From Longimicrobiales bacterium (GTDB lineage Bacteria > Gemmatimonadota > Gemmatimonadetes > Longimicrobiales > Gaopeijiaceae): a DNA stretch of 64,000 nucleotides. The stretch covers positions 1,184,001 through 1,248,000 of the forward strand of contig OZ220732.1 in the NCBI GenBank assembly GCA_965116905.1. The letters are read 5' to 3'. The notes below the pieces were generated by a model, which was not told where the DNA came from, searched no databases, and saw only the letters and a program-made list of their open reading frames with translations. A program made the translations under genes and the position numbers. The number at the start of each line of letters is the position of its first letter. The first letter of the stretch is position 1. Below are positions 46,771 through 57,337 of this stretch, in pieces.

Positions 46771-49112
46771 CAGAACGAGACCTCGACGCCGAAGGTGGGA
46801 AGGAACGGGATCATCGACACGCCCTCTCGCCTGGGGGGCGAGGACTGGTAGTCGAAGAAGTAGAACAGCACGTTCTTCTGGTTGTAGACGTTGATGATGC
46901 TCAGGTAGGGTGTGATTGTGCCCCAGCTCTTCGTGGCGGTCTTCCGCAACGAGAGATCGAGGCGGTGCCGCGCGGGATAGCGTGCGCCGTTGCGCGGCCC
47001 GAGCACCACCGCATTCCCGTCTTCGACTCCTAGAACCCCGGATACGAACTGCGTCCGGTAGATCTGATAGGTGCCGAGCGGTTTCGTGTACGGCAGGCCG
47101 GTCCCGAAGTTTGCCCTGATCCCCATGTCCAGTCCCCACCAGCCGAGGGCCCGGCGCAGCGAAACGTCGACCTCGAAGCGGCGGTCGAAGACCGGCGGAT
47201 AGGTGATCCACGGCTGAGGCTGGACTCCGACGCGCGTGTCCGGGAAGGACCGGACGGTCTTCAGGAACGAGATCGAGACCCAGCCGGTGGTGTTGCCCCG
47301 GTCCCGCTTGAGGAAGAGATCCACACCGTAGGCGTTGCCGTTGCCGGCCACCAGCGCGTCGGTGTCGTCGTTGGGATCCTCGGCCGAATTGAGGGCGGCC
47401 ACACCATCGAAGTTGCGGTAGTAGCCCTCCAGCGAGGCGAACCACTGGTCATCGTCGCCAAAGAAGCTCTCGGCCCCCAGCTGCACCTGGTCCGAGACCA
47501 CGCGGGGGGCCTCGGCGCCCGCCAGGATCCATGTGTCGAGCCCGAAGGGAAACTCTTCGTCCCGCGTGGAGTGAATGAACTGGCTGTAACGGCCCGCCGC
47601 CAGGCGCACCGCCGAGTTCCTGTCCCGAAGAAAGCGTCTCACGGCGAAGCGGGGCGACAGCGTCGCCTCCGTCGTCCCGGCATTCGGCTGCCAGTAGTCG
47701 ACGCGCACGCCGCCCTCCACCAGCCAGTTCCGGTTGGGGTTCCAGTGAGCCTGGCTGTAGCCGGCAATCTCCAGGCCGCTGCCCTGTTGGTCCAGGAAGG
47801 TCGATCCTCCTCCCAGCAGCCCGTTGTTGTAGGCAACGCGCTTCACCGACACGCCCGACTTCCAGCTCGTGGCCCACGCGGGACGGTGCTCCGTGTCGGC
47901 CCTGAACGTCGCCTCTTCGACCCCGGTCTGGAACTCCGTGTCGACCTCCGGAAACGTCAGGTCGGATCCGAAGCGCGAGAATGAGGCGCGTACGGCCATG
48001 GACGCGCCCCCGGCGAGGGAGTGCGTCCACGAGCCCCCGATCGCGTCGTTTCCCCACCACCACCGGATGGGAATGGGCGTGTCGGAGATCCCCGAGAGGT
48101 CGACGATGTCCCGGCCGCTGTACCCGACTAACCGGAGCCGGCTCCCGCCCACCGTCCAGGCCTCGAAGACGCCCTGCAGGTCCGTCAGGTGGTATGGGAA
48201 GTCCGCCCATGGCTTGATGAGCACGTCCACGTAGGATCGGCGGGCCGAAGCGCGCCATCGGGTTGCGGTGAACCCGAGTTTCTCGGCGACGCTTTCAGGA
48301 AGGCCCCCCTTTACCGCAACACGGGTCGCCAGAAGGCTGATGCCCGCGTCGACTCCGAATAGCCCGTCGCCCGGGTCGCTGGCAATCGTCAGCACCGAAG
48401 ATACGCGGCCGCCGTATTCTGCCGGATAGCCCCCGGACTGCAGCTCGACGCGATCCACCATGTCCGCGTTGAAAACGGAGAAGATGTTGCCCAGGTGAAA
48501 CGGATTGAAGATCGGCACTTCGTCGAGGAGAATGAGATTCTGGTCGGCGGAACCGCCCCGGACGTTGTAGGAGCCGGAGAAATCCGACACGGTCGTCACA
48601 CCCGGGAGCACCTCGACGGCGCGCAACGGGTCCGCCTCGATCAGTACCGGGATCGACTTCAGGTCGCCCGCCTCGATCTCCTGGACCGTGATGCCCGCCG
48701 ACTCTTCGAAACGTGTCTTGGCGCGGCTGCGTTCGGCCTCGACCGTCACGCCCTCGAGCACCACCGCCTCTCCCGCCATGATGACTTCGACCTCGGTCGT
48801 GCCCGCCGCGACACTCACCTCTTCCCGGTGTTCCTCGAAGCCGATACGGGTCACCGTCAGAGCGTAGGTGCCCGGCTGCAGATCGCGGAACGAGAAAAAG
48901 CCCAGATCGTTCGTCAGCGTGTACACCGCCAGAGTGGAGTCCGCGACCGGGTGCAGCTCCGCCACGGCGCCCTCGATGGGACTGCCGTCTTCGGACCAGG
49001 CCCGGCCGTTCAGTTGATTGGCCTGAGCCTCCGCGGCCGATGGAATGGAGAGGAGGAGGAGTGCCCCACACACGGTTGCGAGGCGCCCGGTTGCCGATAC
49101 TTGCTGGTTCAT
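46770..49112 (-). CDS. TonB-dependent receptor
   Basis: LPGV, NVRGGSADQNLILLD.VPIFNPFH, SVFN, YPAEYGGRVSSV, INVYNQKN, terminal F. Confidence 0.92.
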   Translation of the reverse strand: MNQQVSATGRLATVCGALLLLSIPSAAEAQANQLNGRAWSEDGSPIEGAVAELHPVADSTLAVYTLTNDLGFFSFRDLQPGTYALTVTRIGFEEHREEVSVAAGTTEVEVIMAGEAVVLEGVTVEAERSRAKTRFEESAGITVQEIEAGDLKSIPVLIEADPLRAVEVLPGVTTVSDFSGSYNVRGGSADQNLILLDEVPIFNPFHLGNIFSVFNADMVDRVELQSGGYPAEYGGRVSSVLTIASDPGDGLFGVDAGISLLATRVAVKGGLPESVAEKLGFTATRWRASARRSYVDVLIKPWADFPYHLTDLQGVFEAWTVGGSRLRLVGYSGRDIVDLSGISDTPIPIRWWWGNDAIGGSWTHSLAGGASMAVRASFSRFGSDLTFPEVDTEFQTGVEEATFRADTEHRPAWATSWKSGVSVKRVAYNNGLLGGGSTFLDQQGSGLEIAGYSQAHWNPNRNWLVEGGVRVDYWQPNAGTTEATLSPRFAVRRFLRDRNSAVRLAAGRYSQFIHSTRDEEFPFGLDTWILAGAEAPRVVSDQVQLGAESFFGDDDQWFASLEGYYRNFDGVAALNSAEDPNDDTDALVAGNGNAYGVDLFLKRDRGNTTGWVSISFLKTVRSFPDTRVGVQPQPWITYPPVFDRRFEVDVSLRRALGWWGLDMGIRANFGTGLPYTKPLGTYQIYRTQFVSGVLGVEDGNAVVLGPRNGARYPARHRLDLSLRKTATKSWGTITPYLSIINVYNQKNVLFYFFDYQSSPPRREGVSMIPFLPTFGVEVSF

Positions 49113-49263
49113 GAGCCTCCGCTGCCGCGAGACGCGAGCTGTACAGTTGGTCCTGTGCCGGGCGATGGCCCGTCCAGCTTCCGCGTCCTGCATGTCACCA
49201 ATCGTTCTGCGCACCTAAGATAAGGGAACGCACACGGAATCCGGCCGTCCAAAGGGGTTGAAC

Positions 49264-51720
49264 ATGAGTATCCGTGCCTTCACCGCGTCCATTCTTCCGC
49301 TTGCCCTGCTGCTGCCTCCACCATCCGGACTGGCCGCGCAGGACGCCTACCGCACACCGCCGCCGGACGTCGTCGACATTCTGGAAGCGGCGCCCTTCCC
49401 CCAGGCGGTGGTCAGCCCTTCCGGCGACTGGATGGTCCTCGCGCACAGCGAGAGCATGCCCGGGATCGAGGATCTGGCCGCCCCCATGCTGCGGCTGGCG
49501 GGGCGCAGGATCAGCCCGGTCCACAACGGGATACACGCCGCGCCGCCATTTGTTCGCTTCTCGGTCGTGGACCTGGCGGGTGGCGACACGCAGGCCGTGA
49601 CCGGCGCCGAGGATGGTCTGGGACCACCCTTCTGGTCGCCGTCCGGCGACACTTTCGCCTTCACGCAAACCGGCTCCGACGGCGTCGCGCTGTGGTTGGC
49701 CGACCCCGAAACCGGCACGGCCCGCGCGCTGACCGGCCCGTCGCTGAACGGCGCCCGGGGCGAACCCTGCTCCTGGATGCCCGATGGGGGCGCGCTGCTC
49801 TGCCACTTTGTCCCCGAAGACCGGGGCGCGCCGCCCGAACCCGCCGCGATTCCCGTCGGCCCCGTCATCCAGGAATCGGGGGGCGAAGCAGCGCCGTCCT
49901 GGACCTTTCAGGACCTGCTGGAAGACGCCCATGACGAGGCGCTGTTCGACTACTACCTGACGTCGCAGCCCGCCATCGTCGATGTCGCCACCGGAGACAT
50001 GCGGCCGGTCGGCGCCGCGGCGGTGTACGAGTCTCTCGAGCCCTCGCCCAGCGGGGAGTACTTCCTCTCGGTCCGCACGGTGCGTCCCTACTCGTACCTG
50101 GTGCCGGACTCGCGCTTCACCAAGGAGGTGGAGGTTCTGGGCAGCGACGGCCGGCCTGTCCGCGCCCTGGCAACGCTGCCGCTGGACGAGGGCGGTCCCG
50201 AACACCTGGGCTTTCGCCGCGCCGGTCTTCGGCAGTTCTCGTGGCGGGCCGGGGTGCCCGCCGCCCTGACCTATATCGAGGCCCTCGATGGCGGCGATCC
50301 CGGCCGGGACATGCCCTACCGCGATCGTGTCCTGACCCTGGCGGCACCCTTCGACGCAGAGGGCGAGGAACTGATCCGCACCGAGCACCGGCTGGGTTCG
50401 GGCGCGTTCGGATTCGGCTACCCGGTCCTGTGGGGCGAGGATGGCGAGACAGCCCTGGTCCAAGAATTCGACTGGCCGACGCGGCGGAGCCGTGCATGGA
50501 TCGTGCAGGCTTCGCCCACCGGCGCCGAGCCGGCGCTCCTCTGGGACCGCAGCACCGACGACTGGTACGGCAATCCCGGCGACCCGGTCATGACCCAGGA
50601 CGGTGCCGGCAAGCCGGTTGTCCGAATGGACGGGACAAGCATCTTCCTGGCGGGACCCGGCGGATCGCCCGAAGGAGACCGGCCCTTCCTGGACCGGCTG
50701 AACCTGGCCACCGCCGAGTTGCGCCGGCTGTTCCACTCGGGCCCGGACAGCTACGAGACAGTGGTTGGCCTGGCGGACGCAGCCGCCGGCCGGATCGTGA
50801 TCCGGCGCGAGACAAGCGAGGAGCCGCCCAACTATCACCTTGTCGCAACCGGCGACGGCGAGCGCACTGCGCTCACGTCCTTCCCCAACCCCCAGCCCCA
50901 GCTCGCGGGAATCACCAAGAGCAAGGTCTACTACGAGCGCGACGACGGGATTCCCCTTTCGGCCGAGCTGTACCTTCCCGCCGGCTACGAGCCGGGCCAG
51001 CGCCTGCCGGTTCTGGTGTGGGCGTACCCGCGCGAGTACGCGGACGAGGACGGGGCTGGACAGGTCCGCGGATCCGCCCACCGCTTCACGACCATTTCCG
51101 GCGCTTCGCACCTCCTGCTCCTGACGCAGGGGTATGCCGTGCTCAACGACGCCGCGATGCCGATCGTCGGGGGCTTCACCGCGAACGACACGTACGTGGA
51201 GCAACTGGTGGCCAACGGCCGGGCCGCGGTGGACAAGCTCGTCGAGATGGGCGTCGCCGACCGCGACCGGGTCGGGATCGCCGGTCACAGCTACGGGGCC
51301 TTCATGACCGCCAACATGCTGGCCCACTCGGACGACTTCGCCGCCGGGATCGCGCGCAGCGGCGCCTTCAACAGGAGCCTGACGCCCTTCGGCTTCCAGT
51401 ACGAGCGCCGCACCTTCTGGGAGGCTCCCGAAGTCTACTTCGGCATGTCGGCCTTCATGCACGCGGAAAAGATCAACGAGCCGCTGCTCCTGACGCACGG
51501 CGTGATCGACAACAACTCCGGCACCTTCCCCGTGCAATCGGAGCGGATGTACCACGCCGTCAAGGGTCTGGGCGGCACGGTCCGCCTGGTGATGCTGCCG
51601 CACGAGAGCCACGGCTACCGGGCACGCGAGTCGGTGTTGCACATGGTGTGGGAGATGTTCGACTGGATGCGCCGTCACGTCGACGAGCGGGAGCGGCAGT
51701 TGATCCCCGACGGGGGATAG
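49264..51720 (+). CDS. S9 prolyl oligopeptidase family protein
   Basis: WAYPREY, GHSYGAFM, IARSGAFNRSLTPFGFQ, DNNSGTFP.QS, ESHGY. Confidence 0.92.
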   Translation: MSIRAFTASILPLALLLPPPSGLAAQDAYRTPPPDVVDILEAAPFPQAVVSPSGDWMVLAHSESMPGIEDLAAPMLRLAGRRISPVHNGIHAAPPFVRFSVVDLAGGDTQAVTGAEDGLGPPFWSPSGDTFAFTQTGSDGVALWLADPETGTARALTGPSLNGARGEPCSWMPDGGALLCHFVPEDRGAPPEPAAIPVGPVIQESGGEAAPSWTFQDLLEDAHDEALFDYYLTSQPAIVDVATGDMRPVGAAAVYESLEPSPSGEYFLSVRTVRPYSYLVPDSRFTKEVEVLGSDGRPVRALATLPLDEGGPEHLGFRRAGLRQFSWRAGVPAALTYIEALDGGDPGRDMPYRDRVLTLAAPFDAEGEELIRTEHRLGSGAFGFGYPVLWGEDGETALVQEFDWPTRRSRAWIVQASPTGAEPALLWDRSTDDWYGNPGDPVMTQDGAGKPVVRMDGTSIFLAGPGGSPEGDRPFLDRLNLATAELRRLFHSGPDSYETVVGLADAAAGRIVIRRETSEEPPNYHLVATGDGERTALTSFPNPQPQLAGITKSKVYYERDDGIPLSAELYLPAGYEPGQRLPVLVWAYPREYADEDGAGQVRGSAHRFTTISGASHLLLLTQGYAVLNDAAMPIVGGFTANDTYVEQLVANGRAAVDKLVEMGVADRDRVGIAGHSYGAFMTANMLAHSDDFAAGIARSGAFNRSLTPFGFQYERRTFWEAPEVYFGMSAFMHAEKINEPLLLTHGVIDNNSGTFPVQSERMYHAVKGLGGTVRLVMLPHESHGYRARESVLHMVWEMFDWMRRHVDERERQLIPDGG

Positions 51721-51863
51721 GATAGGCGGGGGGCGGACGGGGACAGCCGGGGCGGCAGCCTGGAGGCCGGCGGAGCGGCAGCCGGGGGGCCGGGCTATAG
51801 TGGGATGGACCACGAAGTGGCCATGTGTCGCTGCCTCCGCCATTCCGCCAAGGACGTCCTCCC

Positions 51864-54395
51864 ATGCGCCCAGCGAAAACCGCCCGCTTGCCCCTGTCCG
51901 GTCACGCCGCCGCGATGGCCGGGTCGATCCTCCTCTCCCTCCAGACAGTCCTGCTCGTGCTGCCGACGCCGATTGCCGCGCAGACGCCTGCGCCGGACGG
52001 CGGTCTTCCGACGATCGCCGACTACACCCGCGGGATGGACGGTCAGCCCGGGTATTTCCCCCTGTACTGGGATGACGCCGGGGGGCGGCTCCTGCTCGAG
52101 GTGGGACGCTGGGACGAGCAGTTCCTGTACCTGACGTCGCTCGCGACCGGGGTCGGCTCCAATGCGCTGGGGCTCGACCGCGGCAACATCCAGAGCGCGT
52201 ACCTGGCGCACTTCGAGCGGGTCGGGCCGAAGGTGCTGCTCGTCCTCGACAACCCGGGCTTTCGCGCCGAGACCAATCCGACCGACGCGCTCGTGCGGTC
52301 CGTGGAGGAGTCGTTCCTGACCTCGACGGTCGGCGGCTTTGCCGTGGTCGCCGAGGAGGACGGGCGGGCGCTGGTGGACGGGACCTCGTTTTTCCTCCGC
52401 GATGTCGTCGGTGTTGCGGCCCGGCTGCAGTCGGCGAACCAGGGCAGCTATCGGCTGGATGCGAACCGCAGCGCCATCTTTCTCCCGCGGACGAAGGCGT
52501 TCCCGGAGAACACCGAGGTGGAGGCCTCGCTCACCTTCGAAAGCGAGCGGCCGGGGGGCGAGATCCAGCGGCATGCGCCGGACGGCCGCGCGATGACGCT
52601 GCGGCAGCATCATTCGCTGGTGATGCTTCCCGACGACGGATACACGCCCCGGCGCTTCGACCCCAGGATCGGGGTCTTTGCGATCGGCTACTACGACTTC
52701 GGCAAGCCCTTCGTCGACGACTACCAGACGGCGTTGGCGAGGCGTCATCGGCTGGTCAAGGCCGACCCGACGGCGGCGATGAGCGAGCCGGTCGAGCCGA
52801 TCGTCTACTACCTCGATCCCGCCGTGCCCGAGCCGTACCGCACGGCGTTCAAGATCGGCGGAGTGTGGTGGAACCAGGTTTTCGAGGCGGCCGGGTTCAT
52901 CGACGCGTTCCGTGTCGAGGACATGCCCGCGGACATGGACCCGATGGACGCCCGCTACCACGTGATCCAGTGGGTCCACCGCACCGAGGCGGGTTCGTCG
53001 ATCGGGCCGTCATTCGTCGATCCCCGCACCGGAGAGATCATCAAGGCGGCCGTGCGCATGGACTCCTACCGTTCGCTGGCCAACTACAACACCTTTGCGG
53101 GCGCGGCCGGAGTGGACGGCGACTGGTACGCCGGCGAGCCACCGGGCGTCGACGGCGAGGAGTTCGTGATGATGCGCCGCCGCCAGCACTCGGCGCACGA
53201 AATCGGGCACACGCTGGGACTCGCGCACAACTTCATCTCGATCAGCGACGGACATGCATCCGTCATGGACTACCCGGCCCCGGTAATCGAGCTTCGGGAT
53301 GGGCGGCTCGATCTGTCCGGAGCCTACCGGGACGGCCCCGGTGCGTACGACACACTCGCGATCCGCTACGCCTACGCCTCGCCGCCTGCCGGCGAGAGTG
53401 AGGAGGCCTTCCTGGGCGGCCTGCTCCTCGAGGCCCAGGAGCGCGGCTGGCGCTTCATAACGAACCCGGATGCCGGTGCCGACAATTCGCACCCGGACGC
53501 GACGTGGTGGATCAACGGGAGCGACGTGCTCGACGAGTTCGAGCGCGTGAGCGAGGTCCGGCGCTTCATGATCGATTCGTTCGACGAGCGCGCGATCGAG
53601 CCCGGGGAGCCGATGCACAAGCTCCGGGAGCGGTTCGCACCGGTCTACTTCAGCCACCGTGCCACCTACGAGGCCGCGGTCAAGACAATCGGCGGGATGG
53701 AGTACACCTACGGGGTGCGCGGCGACATTCTGCCGGTGACCGAACTGGTCTCTGCCGACCGGGTGCGCCGGGCGATGGGGCTGCTGAGCGACGCGCTGGC
53801 CCCGGAGGAACTCGCGATTCCGGAGTCGGTGTTGGCGATTCTGGCGCCGCGATCGTTCGGGTGGGTCGGGGGAGGTCCGGCGTGGTCGACGCGGGCCGGT
53901 CCTGCGTTCGATCAGATCGGGGCTGCCACGACGGTCGCGAGTGAGATTGTCGGCGGGGTACTCGCGCCCGCCCGCACTGCGCGTGTGGTCGCTTTCCACG
54001 CTCGCGACCCGTCGCTTCCGAGCCTCGAGGAGATTGTGGGGCGGTTGGTGGACGACAGTTGGGAGCGGTCCGCGAGCGGGTCGGAAGCGGCGCTGGTGCG
54101 CGTTGTCCAGAACGTGGTCGTGGACGAACTGCTGGCGCTGGCGGCCAACGAGGATGCAACCACCGAGGCGCGCGCGGCTGCAGAGTGGGGGCTACGGCGC
54201 GCTCAGGCTCGGGCGGCGACAGCAGTGTCCGAGATGGGCGGCACCGACGCACCGGATGTAGCCACACTGGTCGCGCACGCGCAGCGGGTGGTCGGCGATA
54301 TCGATCGCTTCTTCGAGCGTCCGTGGGCTCCGGGGGAGCAAACGGAGTCTCCGCGCGGACCCGGGTGGGCACGGGACCGGCCGGTCGGCCATTGA
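51864..54395 (+). CDS. Zinc-dependent metalloprotease (DUF5117/DUF4953, EcxA-like)
   Basis: KAFPENTE, EPIVYYLD, DPRTGEI, HEIGHTLGLAHNF, SVMDY Met-turn. Confidence 0.92.
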   Translation: MRPAKTARLPLSGHAAAMAGSILLSLQTVLLVLPTPIAAQTPAPDGGLPTIADYTRGMDGQPGYFPLYWDDAGGRLLLEVGRWDEQFLYLTSLATGVGSNALGLDRGNIQSAYLAHFERVGPKVLLVLDNPGFRAETNPTDALVRSVEESFLTSTVGGFAVVAEEDGRALVDGTSFFLRDVVGVAARLQSANQGSYRLDANRSAIFLPRTKAFPENTEVEASLTFESERPGGEIQRHAPDGRAMTLRQHHSLVMLPDDGYTPRRFDPRIGVFAIGYYDFGKPFVDDYQTALARRHRLVKADPTAAMSEPVEPIVYYLDPAVPEPYRTAFKIGGVWWNQVFEAAGFIDAFRVEDMPADMDPMDARYHVIQWVHRTEAGSSIGPSFVDPRTGEIIKAAVRMDSYRSLANYNTFAGAAGVDGDWYAGEPPGVDGEEFVMMRRRQHSAHEIGHTLGLAHNFISISDGHASVMDYPAPVIELRDGRLDLSGAYRDGPGAYDTLAIRYAYASPPAGESEEAFLGGLLLEAQERGWRFITNPDAGADNSHPDATWWINGSDVLDEFERVSEVRRFMIDSFDERAIEPGEPMHKLRERFAPVYFSHRATYEAAVKTIGGMEYTYGVRGDILPVTELVSADRVRRAMGLLSDALAPEELAIPESVLAILAPRSFGWVGGGPAWSTRAGPAFDQIGAATTVASEIVGGVLAPARTARVVAFHARDPSLPSLEEIVGRLVDDSWERSASGSEAALVRVVQNVVVDELLALAANEDATTEARAAAEWGLRRAQARAATAVSEMGGTDAPDVATLVAHAQRVVGDIDRFFERPWAPGEQTESPRGPGWARDRPVGH

Positions 54396-54407
54396 TGAAA
54401 CGCTTTG

Positions 54408-55415
54408 TCAGAACCGCAACAACATCGCCGCCCAGTGGAACCCGGCCCCGACCGCTGTCAGGAGCACCAGTTCGCCGGGCTTGATCCGCCCTTGATCCCG
54501 TGCCTCCCATAGCGCTACCGGGACGGACGCGGAGCCCGTGTTGCCGTATTCCCGGACGTTGATGAAGACGCGCTCCTCAGAGAGGCCCAGGCGCGCCGCC
54601 ACGGCGTTCAGGATGCGCAGGTTCGCCTGATGGGGTACGACGAGCGCCACGTCGTCCATGGCGACTCCAGCCTTGGCGAGCACCTGCAGCGACGCCTCGC
54701 TCATCCGGCGAACGGCCTCGCGGAAGACCTCGCGCCCATCCATCACGAGGTTCTTGTGAAGCCCCTGCCGCACGCGCTCCATGGTGACGGGCTGACGCGT
54801 GCCTCCAGTCTCCAGCCCCAGGATGTCGCTCCTGGTGCCGTCCGTGCCCGCAGTGGCAGCCAGGACTTGGACTGCGTTCGGGCCCCGCCCCACCACCGCT
54901 GCCCCGGCAGCATCGCCGAAGAGCACGCAGGTGTTGCGATCCTTCCAGTTCATGAGCCGGGTAATCAGCTCCACCCCGATTACCAGCACCCTGCGGCCAT
55001 CTGCGAGCGCCCGTGAGCGAGCGATGTCCAGTGCCAGCACGAACCCTGCACAGCCGCTGCCGGCCAGGTCATAGCACGGGATGTGGCCTACGCCAAGGCG
55101 TGCCTGCACATACGCCGCAGTATCCGGCGCGAAAACTTCGGGTGTGTCGGTCGCGAGGACGATCTCGTTGATGTCGGCTGGCTCGAAGCCGCCGTCCGCG
55201 AGGGCTGCCCGGGCCGCGGCCAGCGCCAAATCGGCCGTGCTCTCATCATCCGCTGCAATCCGGCGCGTGTGGATCCCCGTGCGTGCCACGATCCAATCGT
55301 CCGAGGTGTCGACGTACTCCGCCCATTCATCGTTGGTCATCACGCGCTCGGGCAGGTAGACGCCCAGGCCAAGGAGGCCGATGGGGTGCCGGTCGCGGGC
55401 GTCTTGCGTTTCCAT
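54408..55415 (-). CDS. fabH: 3-oxoacyl-ACP synthase III
   Basis: DTSDDWI..RTGI, GCAGF, CVLFGDAAGA, PHQAN.RI, YGNT.SAS. Confidence 0.9.
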   Translation of the reverse strand: METQDARDRHPIGLLGLGVYLPERVMTNDEWAEYVDTSDDWIVARTGIHTRRIAADDESTADLALAAARAALADGGFEPADINEIVLATDTPEVFAPDTAAYVQARLGVGHIPCYDLAGSGCAGFVLALDIARSRALADGRRVLVIGVELITRLMNWKDRNTCVLFGDAAGAAVVGRGPNAVQVLAATAGTDGTRSDILGLETGGTRQPVTMERVRQGLHKNLVMDGREVFREAVRRMSEASLQVLAKAGVAMDDVALVVPHQANLRILNAVAARLGLSEERVFINVREYGNTGSASVPVALWEARDQGRIKPGELVLLTAVGAGFHWAAMLLRF

Positions 55416-55461
55416 TTCGGTCCGACCGTGGTGAGTGACCGCGTGGATGAAGTCGCCCAAC

Positions 55462-57258
55462 CTACGGAATCACACGCCTCGGCATCACCGGCAGGACCAG
55501 ACGTGACGGTCGCGCGGCGTCGTGGAAGACGGTCTGCTCGGCGACGCGCCATTCCGTGTCCGTGGCCACGGGGTTGCCGGTGTTCGGATTGGGTGCGAAG
55601 AACGGGTAGGCGCTGCTGGAGACTTCCAGCCGGATGCGGTGACCCGGCAGAAACGTGTGCCCGATGTGCCCGAGCTTGATACGGTATTCTTCCTCCTGCC
55701 CCGGGGTCAGCATTTCCTCCGCGTCGAAGCCGTTCCGGTAGCGGGCGCGAATCGCCGCGGCATCCCACCAGCCCAGCTTGAGCGCCCGTCCGTCCGGCTG
55801 GACATCGACCAGCTTGGCGGTGAAGTCGGTGTCGAGGCCGTCGGTTGCGGCATGGAGGACCGCTTCTACCGCACCGATGATTTCCACCGGAGAATCGAGC
55901 ACGTCGCTCGTGTAGACGAGGACATCGTGACGTCTTTCGATCGGCCGCTGGTCGACTCCCTGCGCAGCCCCGCCGATGTCCGACGGAACGGGGTTCTGCG
56001 GATCGTAGGCATACCGGTCCGGAGGCTCTTCGCCGGGCGGGTTCCAGGAGAGGCGACCGTCTCCGGCCAGCGAGTTCGCCGCGCCCCCGCTCGACAGGTA
56101 AAGACTTTGCGGCTCCATCTCGGCGGGGGGATACTCGTCGAACTCCCGCCATTCGTTCGAGCCCGTGACGTACACTCGCGCCCTCGGCAGGTCCGGAGTC
56201 GACCGCCTGCCCGCGAGGCAGTAGTCGAAGAAGTCCAGATGTACGGCTTGCACGTCGACAACGGACTCCGGGGTAAAGCGGAATTCACCCAGGCTGAGCT
56301 CGCCGCCGCTGATGGCTTGTCCGTGATCCCAGGGGCCAATGATGATGTGCTGCTTGTCCGAACCTGGCGAGTGGTCCCGCATCCCTTCCCAGTAGCGCAT
56401 GGTGCCCGGCTGATCGGCGTCGAACCAACCGGTGAATACGAGGATGGGCAGGTCGATCCCCGCGAAGTCCTCGTCCTTGAAGAGGATCCGGTCCCAGTAG
56501 GCGTCCCTGGTGGGGTGATTCAGAAAGTCGTTGTAGAGGGGCATGTCGCGCCCCATCGCGTCGTCCATGGTGATGAGTGGACGGTGGGCGTACACCAGCT
56601 CCCAATCGGTGGCACCCATGACGGGCCCCTGGGCCGTCCTTCCGGAGGTGCCGTTGATCCAGTCCAGCGACCACTTCATCAGCCAGGCGCCCCCGATGTA
56701 GGGAAGCTCGTCAAAGTAGTTTCCGCCCGGCGCCTGGGGGATCATGCAGACCAGATTGCGCGCGCCCTCGCGGGCAGCCAGCCACTGCACCGTAGCCAGA
56801 TAGGAGCCGCCGACCATGCCGACCCGTCCGTTCGACCAGGGCTGGCGGGCGATCCAATCGATCGTGTCGTATCCGTCCTCTCCATCGGCGAAGAAGAAGT
56901 CGAAACTCCCGTCCGAGTCCCCTCGTCCGCGTGCGTCCTGGACGATGAAGGCGTAACCGCGCTCTGCGTACTGCTTCCCGAGTTCGGGGTATCGCTCGTT
57001 GGCCTTGATGTAGGGTGTGCGTACGAGGACTGTTGGATGAGGTCCGGCGACGTCGGGCAGCCAGAGATTGGCGGACAGCTCGATGCCGTCGCGCATGGGG
57101 ACGCGCAGGTCGAGGTGCTGCTGGATCTGGGCGGTGGCGTTGGGGGGGATGACCAGCAAGACGAGTATGGCGGCGAGGCGCGCGTGCCGAGCGCAAGCAA
57201 GCGCAGGTTCCCGGAGGTCGCGGACATGGGTTCGACGAAAACGGGTGCCAGTCGGCAT
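55462..57258 (-). CDS. CocE/NonD family hydrolase
   Basis: MRDGIEL, RTPY, D.RGRGDSDG, PWSNGRVGMVGGSY, GWFD, GPWDH, GHRIRLEVSSS; GGAGG RBS. Confidence 0.92.
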   Translation of the reverse strand: MPTGTRFRRTHVRDLREPALACARHARLAAILVLLVIPPNATAQIQQHLDLRVPMRDGIELSANLWLPDVAGPHPTVLVRTPYIKANERYPELGKQYAERGYAFIVQDARGRGDSDGSFDFFFADGEDGYDTIDWIARQPWSNGRVGMVGGSYLATVQWLAAREGARNLVCMIPQAPGGNYFDELPYIGGAWLMKWSLDWINGTSGRTAQGPVMGATDWELVYAHRPLITMDDAMGRDMPLYNDFLNHPTRDAYWDRILFKDEDFAGIDLPILVFTGWFDADQPGTMRYWEGMRDHSPGSDKQHIIIGPWDHGQAISGGELSLGEFRFTPESVVDVQAVHLDFFDYCLAGRRSTPDLPRARVYVTGSNEWREFDEYPPAEMEPQSLYLSSGGAANSLAGDGRLSWNPPGEEPPDRYAYDPQNPVPSDIGGAAQGVDQRPIERRHDVLVYTSDVLDSPVEIIGAVEAVLHAATDGLDTDFTAKLVDVQPDGRALKLGWWDAAAIRARYRNGFDAEEMLTPGQEEEYRIKLGHIGHTFLPGHRIRLEVSSSAYPFFAPNPNTGNPVATDTEWRVAEQTVFHDAARPSRLVLPVMPRRVIP

Positions 57259-57337
57259 CAATGCCTCCCTGTGGGTCTCTATGCGTTCTTTCGACAGCTC
57301 GCCCTACGGTCGAGCCTGTTGTCGTGTGGACTCGCCG

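Noticed and set aside
692..51843. Long antisense or alternate-frame ORFs (e.g. 692-2350, 3310-6078, 24828-27275, 42055-44163, 49195-51843)
   Set aside because: They shadow well-supported genes and have no motifs; expected in high-GC DNA.
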